NCBI GenBank assembly: GCA_016839585.1
Contig: JAEOTZ010000061.1
Location: forward strand, 1-55,088
Origin: Promethearchaeota archaeon
GTDB lineage: Archaea; Asgardarchaeota; Lokiarchaeia; Sigyniarchaeales; SOKP01
Direction of reading: 5' to 3'
Length of the DNA: 55,088 nucleotides
Notes under the pieces: generated by a model
Seen by the model: the letters and a program-made list of their open reading frames with translations, nothing else
Told to the model about the DNA's origin: nothing
Databases searched by the model: none
Shown here: piece by piece, positions 39,468 through 50,100 of the stretch
Position numbering within the stretch: position 1 is the stretch's first letter
Layout of the letters: each line of letters begins with the position of its first letter
Program-made: the position numbers and the translations under genes

Positions 39468-40142
39468 ATGGATATTGATGAATTAAAATATTATACAGTT
39501 GCTTCTCAACTATTTGACACTTTTAATAGCGAAGAGATAATTGAGGATTTAGAAAATTTGGTAGGAGAGTCTCCTATATATTTTATAAAAGAAAAAATCA
39601 GGCGAAAAACTTCTAAAGTTCATATTCCACTTCCTGAAAATCTTAAGGCAGCAATTATTGATTTTGAAGGACAACCAGTATTCTTGGTAGGGATCATGAT
39701 CGTTGATAAAATATTAACATTTTATATTAAGAATTATACCCACATTGAACGATTGTATTTCCTCATTTTAAAGGTAATGAGAGTTCTAAGGGAAATACAA
39801 TTATTTGCCTTTAGTACATTTGAAAAGCGAGAGCTTCTAAAGATTTATCACTATTTAGAAACACAGGGATATGATCTCTCTGATTATTCTTTCATTGAAG
39901 GGTTATCCATTGTGAATTTGCAAGAAAACAAGTATGAAGCGTTGAATGAGGCAATCTATACCATCTATCCAGCAGACAGCCCTGTAATTAGCACAGGAGA
40001 TATGCTATTTCGAAATCTTAAGCTAATTCCTAAATTATTTTCGGCTCAAAAGTTTGAGGAAATTATTTCTCATAATCAGAATTGTTTAATGAACGGAAGT
40101 TTGATATTTTTAAAAAGATGGTTAAAACATTATAAAATATGA
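39468..40142 (+). CDS. DEDD/RNase H-fold 3'-5' exonuclease-like protein (YprB/RNase_H_2-like, divergent)
   Basis: Exo I IIDFEG, Exo II-like FAFSTFE, Exo III-like HNQNC. SD GGAGGTGG lies 6 nt before the ATG. Confidence 0.55.
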   Translation: MDIDELKYYTVASQLFDTFNSEEIIEDLENLVGESPIYFIKEKIRRKTSKVHIPLPENLKAAIIDFEGQPVFLVGIMIVDKILTFYIKNYTHIERLYFLILKVMRVLREIQLFAFSTFEKRELLKIYHYLETQGYDLSDYSFIEGLSIVNLQENKYEALNEAIYTIYPADSPVISTGDMLFRNLKLIPKLFSAQKFEEIISHNQNCLMNGSLIFLKRWLKHYKI

Positions 40143-40195
40143 GATAGAAATGGAAGAGATTAAGAAAAGAAATAAAAATTTGGTGATATCTTAAA

Positions 40196-40459
40196 ATGTC
40201 GAAACCAGAGAAAAAATATACAAGTGTCCAAATACCTAGAAATTTAATTTATGAAATCCAAAATCAAATTACAGAATTTTGGTATCGTTCTCACCATGAA
40301 TTTATAATTGAATGTGTCAGGATTGGTCTTAGGAAATTAATTAAAACTAAATATTTATTGAAAAAAGTTACTAAAGAAAAAAATAATGAAAATGACCAGT
40401 ATAAATCAAATAATGAGTTGATTAATGAAATTGATGAAGCAACTAGAAGAGGTGTATGA
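40196..40459 (+). CDS. Ribbon-helix-helix DNA-binding protein
   Basis: YTSVQIP..L...I.......YRSHHEFIIECVR. Confidence 0.7.
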   Translation: MSKPEKKYTSVQIPRNLIYEIQNQITEFWYRSHHEFIIECVRIGLRKLIKTKYLLKKVTKEKNNENDQYKSNNELINEIDEATRRGV

Positions 40460-40736
40460 TCTCATTAAAATAAACCCTATACTATACGGATATAGTATGA
40501 AAGTTTATATATTTTGTTTAAAATTATTATTTGTTATAAGAAATGAAAATTTAAAATTATACAGCAAAGGAGTTATAATCTCAATATTAGTATTAAAAAT
40601 TAGGAGTAGAAATAGAGAAATACAACACAAAATTATGTGTAGTAATGTGAGAAATCCTATAGAAGATACAGAATTTGAAACTTCGGAAATGTTCAATAGC
40701 TTAGCTTTATCTAAACCTGAGAAATTAAAATTATAA
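40425..40736 (+). CDS. Hypothetical protein
   Basis: 103-aa ORF overlapping the RHH gene within the same-strand cluster. Confidence 0.4.
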   Translation: MKLMKQLEEVYDLIKINPILYGYSMKVYIFCLKLLFVIRNENLKLYSKGVIISILVLKIRSRNREIQHKIMCSNVRNPIEDTEFETSEMFNSLALSKPEKLKL

Positions 40737-40772
40737 AATTTAAAACTAAATTATTAAGAGTAAGTAAAGAAA

Positions 40773-41387
40773 ATGGTACGTATTGTTTGTGAAATGAAAA
40801 CAATTAAAAAGCTTGAGTCAACTAGTTCCAGCTTAAACATAAAAGCAACAAGCGTGCCAGATATTATTGAAAAATTATGTGATAAAGCGTTAGAGCTAAA
40901 CAAAATTATCAAGAATATAACTCAAATATTTAAAAAATCCACTCTCAATGATCTTTTCAAGCAGCTTTACTATTTGGAAAAAAAAGCAACAAAGAAGGAG
41001 AAGGTTATGTTTTTCATATTTAAAGAAATGTATAATAACCGTACAGTTTTTCTTAAATCAATTATAAAGCGATTATCTTGGATAAAACCATGCACCACCC
41101 AAGAGGCACAAAATATTATAAGAAAGTTAGAAAGACAGGAATTAATTTCAATAATTAGAAAATGTCCGAAATGCTATACATCTTTAAATTTTCTACCTGA
41201 TGCATGTGAAAATTGCGGTCATATATTTATTTTACAAAAAATTTCGTTTGTGGATAACCGTTTAAGACCAAGGTACGCTATTGAAATAACCAATAAAGGT
41301 GTAGAATTCCTAAAAGAACTAATTGAAGCCTATTATTATCTTAATTCTTTTTTCTACGCTTGGAATAAATATGTTAATTTAAGATGA
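40773..41387 (+). CDS. Winged-helix protein with a zinc ribbon inserted in the wing
   Basis: AQNIIRKLERQELIS, CPKC..CENCG and YAIEITNKGVEFL (MarR/PadR-like wing end). Confidence 0.65.
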   Translation: MVRIVCEMKTIKKLESTSSSLNIKATSVPDIIEKLCDKALELNKIIKNITQIFKKSTLNDLFKQLYYLEKKATKKEKVMFFIFKEMYNNRTVFLKSIIKRLSWIKPCTTQEAQNIIRKLERQELISIIRKCPKCYTSLNFLPDACENCGHIFILQKISFVDNRLRPRYAIEITNKGVEFLKELIEAYYYLNSFFYAWNKYVNLR

Positions 41388-41503
41388 GAAAAATATTAAA
41401 ATCTAATATTCATCCTAACTAATAATTAAAAAATTAATAGGTTTTATAATCTCCATTATTTTCAATTAAATTTACTTGAAATATCTTCAGCATTTGACAC
41501 TTC

Positions 41504-43795
41504 TCAACCATAAAATTTTAAAGATCTTACTTTTCTCAAACTACTGAATTTTTTTCTTTTGACATACACAAATATCATTAATCCAACTAAACCAGTTGTT
41601 ATTATAAAGGGGAGTATATGTGATATCCATTCAAAGATATTTTTTCCATCTGTAGTTCTGTTTGATGGTACATGAGGAATAAGTATGTTAATTTCAAGAC
41701 ATCCTGTGGTGTAATTCCCAAATTCGTTGTATCCAACAACAATTAAGTAATACGTACCATTTCCCCATCCAATAATAGAATATCGATAATAAGGCCATTC
41801 GAATGGTGGTGTGAAATTGTAAAAAGATTTAACACTACTATTAAATGAGGTTATTGTATAATTTGAAATAAAGATAGTATAATTCAGAGCATACTCAGAT
41901 CTTGTCCAGATGATATCGAAGGTCCCATCATCGTCAATCGGTATATTTGCATCTGAAAATAATAAAAATGGATCAGGAGCTCGTCTCACATTCACTTGGA
42001 TGCAATTTGACATTGTATCCCCTACTTCGTTGTGAGCTACTATAACATAATAGTAATTGCCATTAGTTATATTTCCAATTAAAAGGAAGGTATCTGTTAT
42101 GTTACTTGCGACTAATGTACCTTGTGTTTTAAAATCATATATAATATCATCATGGATATAAACAGAATAATTATCAGCTCCTTCTGAAGTGGACCATGTG
42201 AGGTTTACAATTCCATCAGTATCAGGTATTTGTGTGTGATTATTTAAAAGAAAATCATCAGGGGGATATTGAACAATGGCTTTTAAACAGTTTGAGCTGG
42301 TATTTCCATATGCATTGAATGCAACAACTAAGAAGTAATACGTTCCTTGTTTTAAATTTGTTAAACTATATGTACGATTAGTATTTCCTATAACTATTTC
42401 AGTTACAATTTCATCAATTGTAGTTATTGTTTCATTTGATTGATATAATGTATAATTATCTGCATCTAATGATTTTGTCCAAGATAAAGTAACATTTCCA
42501 TCAGGATCAGGAAAATTATCAAAAGAGTTCAATTCAAAATTATCAGGTATAGGTAAATATTTTAATAAAAATAGATTATAGCTACTTCCCGAATTATCTG
42601 CTTTTCCAGTTATGAAAATATTATCATAAGAATCTATAGTAATATCATAGGCTATATCATCAAGCTCATTACCCCATATTTTATACCATACATAGTCGCC
42701 GCTGCTATTAAATTTTACAAGGCATACATCCTTATCTATACCATCATAACTTTTGGTATAGCCCGTAATATATATATTTTCTTTTGAATCTAAGTCAATG
42801 GAATACCCATAATCATACTCAGGACCACCCCAATTTGTATTCCATAAAAGATCGCCAGAATTATTAAATTTAAACAAAACGATATCATTTCCTCCAGCAC
42901 CATAATTTTGTGTATTTCCCACCACAAGAATATTATCAGAAGAATCAATTATTAGAGAATATCCATTATCAGGAAGATCGCTACCCCAAGTTGCATTCCA
43001 TTGTAAATCACCATTGGTGTCAAATTTAGCTATAAAAAAATCACTTGTAATTGCCCCAAAACTGCTAGTATATCCAGTAATATAGATATTTCCAAATGAA
43101 TCAAGGTCAATATCATAAGCTAAATCAGTATCTATGCCCCCCCATGTTGTATTCATTTTTAAATCTCCAGTACTATTATACTTCAGTAAGATTACATCTC
43201 CAAATGTTCCGAAAGATTCAGTATAACCAACAACATAAATATTATCATAATCATTAACAGATATTCCATATCCCGTATCATACTGAGCTCCACCCCAAGT
43301 TCTATTCCAAAGAAGCTCGCCAGAGCTTGAATATTTTAATAAAATAATGTCAGAGCTTCCATTTGTAAGACTATATGAACCTCCTATAATATAGAGATTA
43401 TTTGAAGAATCAATATCAATCGCAAAGCCTAAATCGTCTGAACTTCCACCCCATGTCTCATTCCATATTTGATTTCCTGAATTGTTATATTTTACGATTA
43501 TTATATCAAAAGCATTCTTAGAAGAATTATATACTTTACCAACGATATAAACATTATAATAATTATCAATTACAATATCTTTTCCTTCACTTTCTCCCAT
43601 CATATTTATTGTATTGTTCCAATCTAAGTTTATGGCTGTAAAAGGATTCCTTATTTGTTTATTTGAATCTCTTTTATCGTAAAATAGTTCTCTCGAAAAT
43701 TTTATATTGAAACTTAAAATTATGGTACTAAAAATCAAAATTAAAATAATACAACCAAATTTTAAATTTTTTAATTTTTTATATTTTATTAACAT
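41504..43795 (-). CDS. Surface protein: SBBP-type beta-propeller, 3 FN3-like domains and a C-terminal TM anchor
   Basis: Seven repeats of W..TWGG...D.G..I.ID...NIY..G.T. Three PD.DG...L.W..S..A.NY...G.YY..VVA.N..G units. Confidence 0.85.
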   Translation of the reverse strand: MLIKYKKLKNLKFGCIILILIFSTIILSFNIKFSRELFYDKRDSNKQIRNPFTAINLDWNNTINMMGESEGKDIVIDNYYNVYIVGKVYNSSKNAFDIIIVKYNNSGNQIWNETWGGSSDDLGFAIDIDSSNNLYIIGGSYSLTNGSSDIILLKYSSSGELLWNRTWGGAQYDTGYGISVNDYDNIYVVGYTESFGTFGDVILLKYNSTGDLKMNTTWGGIDTDLAYDIDLDSFGNIYITGYTSSFGAITSDFFIAKFDTNGDLQWNATWGSDLPDNGYSLIIDSSDNILVVGNTQNYGAGGNDIVLFKFNNSGDLLWNTNWGGPEYDYGYSIDLDSKENIYITGYTKSYDGIDKDVCLVKFNSSGDYVWYKIWGNELDDIAYDITIDSYDNIFITGKADNSGSSYNLFLLKYLPIPDNFELNSFDNFPDPDGNVTLSWTKSLDADNYTLYQSNETITTIDEIVTEIVIGNTNRTYSLTNLKQGTYYFLVVAFNAYGNTSSNCLKAIVQYPPDDFLLNNHTQIPDTDGIVNLTWSTSEGADNYSVYIHDDIIYDFKTQGTLVASNITDTFLLIGNITNGNYYYVIVAHNEVGDTMSNCIQVNVRRAPDPFLLFSDANIPIDDDGTFDIIWTRSEYALNYTIFISNYTITSFNSSVKSFYNFTPPFEWPYYRYSIIGWGNGTYYLIVVGYNEFGNYTTGCLEINILIPHVPSNRTTDGKNIFEWISHILPFIITTGLVGLMIFVYVKRKKFSSLRKVRSLKFYG

Positions 43796-44135
43796 GACTT
43801 ATTTACTATTCTGAGTTTATTCTGTCTCTTAATTGCACTTTGGGAATCATCTATTCGAAAAAATGATTTACCTAATTTGTTAAATAAGATATTGTGACTT
43901 AATTATAAAAATCTTTGCTTCAAATTTGGTAAACATCAAAATTTAGTAAATATCGATATTTATTAAATAATCTAATTTACCAATCTCAATCTTGCACAAA
44001 GCTTATAAGTTAAATTGGATTAATTTTCTCTTAACTCTATGATTCTTAATGAAAATGATAAGAGTTTTTAGATTTTAAAAAATTGGAAAAAAAAATATTT
44101 GTTAACAAATAATCATACAAAAAAAGGTGAATAAA

Positions 44136-47100
44136 ATAATATTTTTAAATAAAAATGAAAATGAATGGATAAAAACACCAAAAACTCAGAAAATAAGAAA
44201 AATTTTAGCAATTACTCTAATTACAATTATCTTAATTTCAGAATTCGCAAAACACGTGCATGCTGATGATTTAGGGCTAGAATTTGATGCAAATCCAACT
44301 ACTGCAGATATAGGGGAATTAATAACTTTTAATTGGACAAACGCAGATAACTTTGAATCAGGTTGGATTAATTTTGGGGATGGGAATGTGACTGTTTTAT
44401 CTGATGATGATGATAATAGCACAATTACTCATAAATACACTACAGAAGGAACCTATAATGTTACACTATATATAGAGAATAATTATGTCCCTAAAGATTA
44501 CGATACCGATTTTGTTGTAATCACAATAAAAAATGATCCACCACAGTTTGCCATTTCTCTTCCGAGTGAAATATTTGAGGATGAGGAAGTGAATGTTTCT
44601 GTGGTCGATTTAGTGGAATCTGATCATGATCTAGAACCAGGGGTACTTTCTTTTGTGTATGATTTTGCCGATGGAGAGCCGATTACAACTAATACAAGCT
44701 CCATCATTCACAAGTGGAGGAATGCAGGAAATTATAAAGTGACTATTACTGTTATCGATGACCAAGGAGCATTAGATCAAAAATCCCAATATATAGAAAT
44801 TTATAATAAAGCTCCTGAAGCTAATTTTACGTTTGAGACAGATATTCCACCAGAACAATTACGCTCTTCATATTTTGGCACTTATGATTTTCGGTGTGAT
44901 AGAATTGACTCAGAGCCAAAAGGGTGGGATGTACACGACTATAAGGATATTGAGGGAGAAGAGACTGGAATTATTAGACCAGATGGAGATGTGTATACTC
45001 AATGGGATGAAGGTGAGGGAACACCCCATTGGAGCAGAATTGACGAAGAATCCCCAGACGGCTATAAAATTGCAGAACATGGTGCTTATAGTAATCCCGT
45101 AAAGGAAAAACAAACCTTTACAGATATAGATATTGGTGGTGGGGTTGCAACACAAATAAAACTATATGCCTATGGTAAGCGAGATTCTGGATCTACTGTT
45201 TGGGTTAAGACTAAAATGTATGCCACGGGAAGTTCTTCTCCAGAATTATACCTAAATATTCCTAGTGGTTCTTGGGGTTGGGCCACAGCAACTTGGTATA
45301 ATGTAAATCTTTCACAAGCACAATTAGATTCTTTACAAGTTCAATTGAATGCGTATCAACCTTCTGGTTACCTACAAGAACCTGGAAATGTTTATGTTGA
45401 TACTATTTATATTGAAGTAACTTATAAAATACTTACTCTTGTGTCTGTAATTGATATTGGTGGAAACTTTAAAGAAGTGGTGGAACTTTACGATGGAGAT
45501 CCTGAGGAACAAGTGTGGATGGAAAACTATGTGGATTCTCAAAATTATGGAACTATTGAGTTCTATGTAAAAAGTAATGATGTAGGTAATAAGACCTGGG
45601 CTTTATCTTCATGGGATAATCCTAATGTTGTTTTTTCTATAACGATCTCCGATGGGAAATGGAAGTATTCGACAGGGGGTGAATATAATAATATTACTGG
45701 ATGTGGAACTCCGTTAGATGATACTTGGTATTTAGTACGAGTGGACTTTTGTGCCAGTGGAACCTACCTTAATCTTAGCGCCCATCAATTTAGAGTATGG
45801 GTTAATGATTCACAATCTAACTTATATAATTTTAGTAGTAGCTTTAACGAGATAGATAAGATAAAGTTTGAATCGGGAATAATAGACAAGGGAGTTGCTT
45901 TAATAGATGCACTTGGTTACTCTTGGGATCCAATGTATGAGATTGATGACAACAAAAATGCGATAATAAGCTATCCTGAAAAAAGTAAAATTATGTTTTC
46001 TGCGGCAAATTGTAATGATACTGAGAGTGATTTGCCTTCTTTACGTTTTTATTGGCAATTTGGCGATTCAACCTCAAGATATGGGAAATATGTAACTCAC
46101 CATTATCTTACTTCCGGAAAATATATGGTTAATTTAACAGTTAAGGATGATAATGGTGTGATGGACTCCTATATAGAATGTGTGGCAATACATAATAGTT
46201 ATCCAGAAGTAAATATATCTGCTTTAAATTTGAATGTGACTATTTATGAAGGCGAAACTATTAATTTCGATACCGAAACGTTAGATGACCTAACTGATAT
46301 GGCTAGGCTTGAATACTGGTGGAACTTTGACGATATTTCTTTTGATCTGTATAACACAAGTAATTATGAGCTTGGCGGGTGGAGTAATTCACACCTTTAT
46401 ACTGATGATTTTTTTGGCTCAGCTCACTTATTAGTAAAAGATCCTGAAGAATTCTTTGAAATTGATTTTATAGATGTCAATGTATTGAATGTGGATCCTT
46501 CAATTAGCATTTGGGATGCAAAAATTATAGCAAACATTTCTTTTGAAATTTATAGGAATAGTATAGATAAAGATGCTAATTTTACCTTTAATCTATTGGC
46601 TAATGACGAGTCTCAATTGGAGGTATTACTTAATTTTACTAACTCTGAAGAAACTTTTATCTATAGTGATAAAACATTAATCAATATGTCCCTTTCAAGA
46701 ATTTGGAAAATTTTTGCGAACTCAACAGAACTTCCAAGTTCTTCTTGGTTTAGATATTATGTTCGATTACAATTTCTAAATGGAGAAGAGTTGGTTATTT
46801 CAAGTGAAAAATTTTATGGAGGATCTTATGGTTCATGGGAAGTTACCCTCAATCCTTACTGGTTTAATAATGGAGATTATACTTTTATGTTTCCTCTTAC
46901 ATTTAACACTATAATATGGGATCCAAGCGTCGATGATATCAATTTTACATTACAGTATTCAGTAAATACACTATTAGTGATTAATTGTACAGATACTTTA
47001 CCGATTAATGACTCTTTTACAATCGAATACCCTCTTGACAACGCAACTTATACTATTAATATTTTTGAAGCAAATAATACAATATATGCTAACATTACGG

Positions 47101-50100
47101 TCTCCCAACAAATTGCGTCCGAATTTTATGATAATAACACCTTTCCTGTGAACTTAGATTTATCATACACCATATATCCTATCATTGATCTTTTCGATCT
47201 TTTAGAAGTTCACTTGAACCTTACAGATCTTTCGATCTTATCTTGCCTTGAAGCTAAAAATTTCTTAATTGCAGATGCTATAGATGACGAAGGTGGGCAA
47301 GAATCATTAATGATTACTTTTAATACCGTAGATGGAATCGCGTTTGAAAACCTTTCTCCATACTTAGAGCCTTTTATACCCAGCCAAGGCTTAGGGAGTA
47401 CTAATGTTACGTTCTATGTTGAAGCGTTCGATTTTGATCAAATTAGCGGAAATAATCAATATTATTATTCTAATTTTAAGTCCTACGATACTCCCTTTTT
47501 TCAAGGTGATATTACCTTATTTAATGGTTCTAGCTACTGGGAAGGCGATTTACTCTCCTGCGATAATGATTGCATTCTTTTTACTCCAGATAATTGTTAC
47601 GCTCCAACGCAACAAGCTAATTTTAATTTAATTAATGGAACTTCCGATTTCGAGGCTTTGAATTATTTAAGCTTTATTGAGGGGAACTATATCACATTTA
47701 ATTCCACTACAGTACAATTTTCAGCAACTCAATATATAGATTCAGTTTCATATACAAAAGCCACCTCTGGCTCTGGTACATTAGAAAACACTCATAATGA
47801 CGATAGCAATTATAAGCAAATTAATGCTAAAGGTACTTATTATGGAAATCCAATATGGGATACGAAGTATGAACTCAAGGTTACGTTTAATTTTGATCCA
47901 TCGCTTGCTGGAAGAGATTTTAACCTTAGTTGCGACATAATCACAAGTGGAGGGCAAACTGGGTATTTAAAGGTAAATGGAGTAACGAAAAGCTCAGGTT
48001 CCACAATAGATTTTGATGATATGTTGATTGAAGATGTAACCTCCATTAAATTTGAAACTACAACTAAATGGAGTTCCTCTTTTTATTCAAGGATTTATTA
48101 TTTTAAACTTGTTGAAATTATAGAAGAAACTCCGGCAATGCTTAATTTTACCTCTGAATTTCAATTAGATTCAGAGGAATTTGATTCAGAAGACGATATT
48201 AATTTAGTCTATTCTTACAAAACGGATATATCTGTACCTCTATCTTTTAACATATGGAATTACGATGATACAAAATGGGATCTTATAAAAAATTCTACAA
48301 ATACTGCTCAATTTTATTACAATTATTATAATTTAAACAGTTCTTATTACGACAACGATTATACTATAAAGGTAAAATTTGAAGGTACTTCCGAAACCGA
48401 GGATTTTAAACTATACTTAGAAGTGCTAAAAGTAGATTTAGGCCTTATAAATTTTACTTCTACACTTCAAATGAGTGATGTTAATGACGGTGAGGTAATT
48501 AAATACTTAAAATTAACTTACTCATATAAGGTCATAGGCTCTCAAAAAGTCAACCTTAGTTTATATAATTTTAAATTGAAATCGTGGGTGTTAATTGATT
48601 CTACCCTGGTTAATAGTAGTTATTACAAAAATAAATACTCGATTCTGAATTCCGCATTTTTCAATGATACTTATCATATAATCGCAAAAATAGAAGTTGT
48701 TAACGCTCAACTCTTTTTAGATCAATGGAAGATCGAATATTACTCTGCAAAGGTATCAGAATCAGGTCAATTTGAAAACGATGATGTACCCATCATACCT
48801 AATGATTTTGTGCTTATAAGCGGATCTTGTGATTGGGATGGTACTTTAGATGGTACTAACAATTTAACGTTTATATCAACTGGTTCAGGTCTCGAATTTA
48901 CCTCAAATTTTCAAATGGGTGGAGTTCGACCAGACGATCAACTTAACTCTATTGAGCTTTTTTACTCATTTAAGACAAATATTAGTCAGCCAATTAATAT
49001 AAGCATCTACGATTATAATTTACTTAGTTGGTCTTTGATCAATTCATCAATCAATATGGAATTTATCAATTTAAGCTATTTAATCACAAACACTGACTTT
49101 TACGATGACTATTTCAATTTACAAGTGAAGTTTAAAGGAGTTAACTCGTCTCACTTTGAATTTTATTTAAAAACATTCAAACTTAGATATGAGTGGATAA
49201 AAAGCTTATATCTAGACGATTATTTTTACGAGAGTATTCCAGACGAAACTGATGATTTTACTTCTACAGCAGGGACATTTCCGGCAACTCAATATATAGA
49301 TTCAATTTCATACACAAAAGCCACTTCTGGCTCTGGTACATTAGAAAACACCCATAATGACGATAGCAATTATAAGCAAATCGATGCTAAAGGTACATAT
49401 TACGGAAATCCAATATGGGATTATAAATATGAACTTGAGATTACCTTTAATTTCGATCCTGCGCTTATTGGAAGAGATTTTTACTTAAGCTGCGATATAA
49501 TTACAAGTGGAGGGGTAACTGGGTACTTGAAAGTAAATGGTCAGACAGTAAGTTCAGATACAACGATAGATTTTGATAATTTATTAATAGAGGATGTAAC
49601 CTCTATACAATTTATTACGGATGATAAGTGGAGTTCTACTTTTTATTCAAGAATTTATTATTTTAAACTAGTTGAGGCTATAAAAGGCAATTTACAGAAT
49701 CAAGGGGATGGGTATATTACCTTTACATCCAATTCTGAGTATAAATTAAATGTTACCACCCAATTCAATTTAGACGGAGTGCAACTTGGAGATACTATTG
49801 ATTTCCTTAGTTTAAATTATAGTTATAAAACTAATATCAGCCAACTGGTCAATCTAAGTATATACAATTTTACGGCAAGTGATTGGCTTTTGATTGAATC
49901 TTTGGTTCATTTATCCTTTTTCAATGGAAGTTATTCTATTCCAATTACGAGAGAGGAAATTAGTGGGAATGAGACTATAGAATATCATGATTTCTACGAT
50001 TCAAACTTTGTAATACTGGTAAAGATTGAAGCGGCTAATAGTTCATATGGTTTTCAATTACTTCTCGATCAGCTTAAAGTTGAATATAAATTTAGTTCCT

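Noticed and set aside
2499-40696. Small antisense or alternate-frame ORFs (2499, 2987, 4637, 6463, 8156, 12619, 16413-16931 set, 19410, 20924, 23656, 27842, 31839, 35585, 37343, 38397, 40505)
   Set aside because: They overlap longer, motif-supported genes and show no recognisable motifs.
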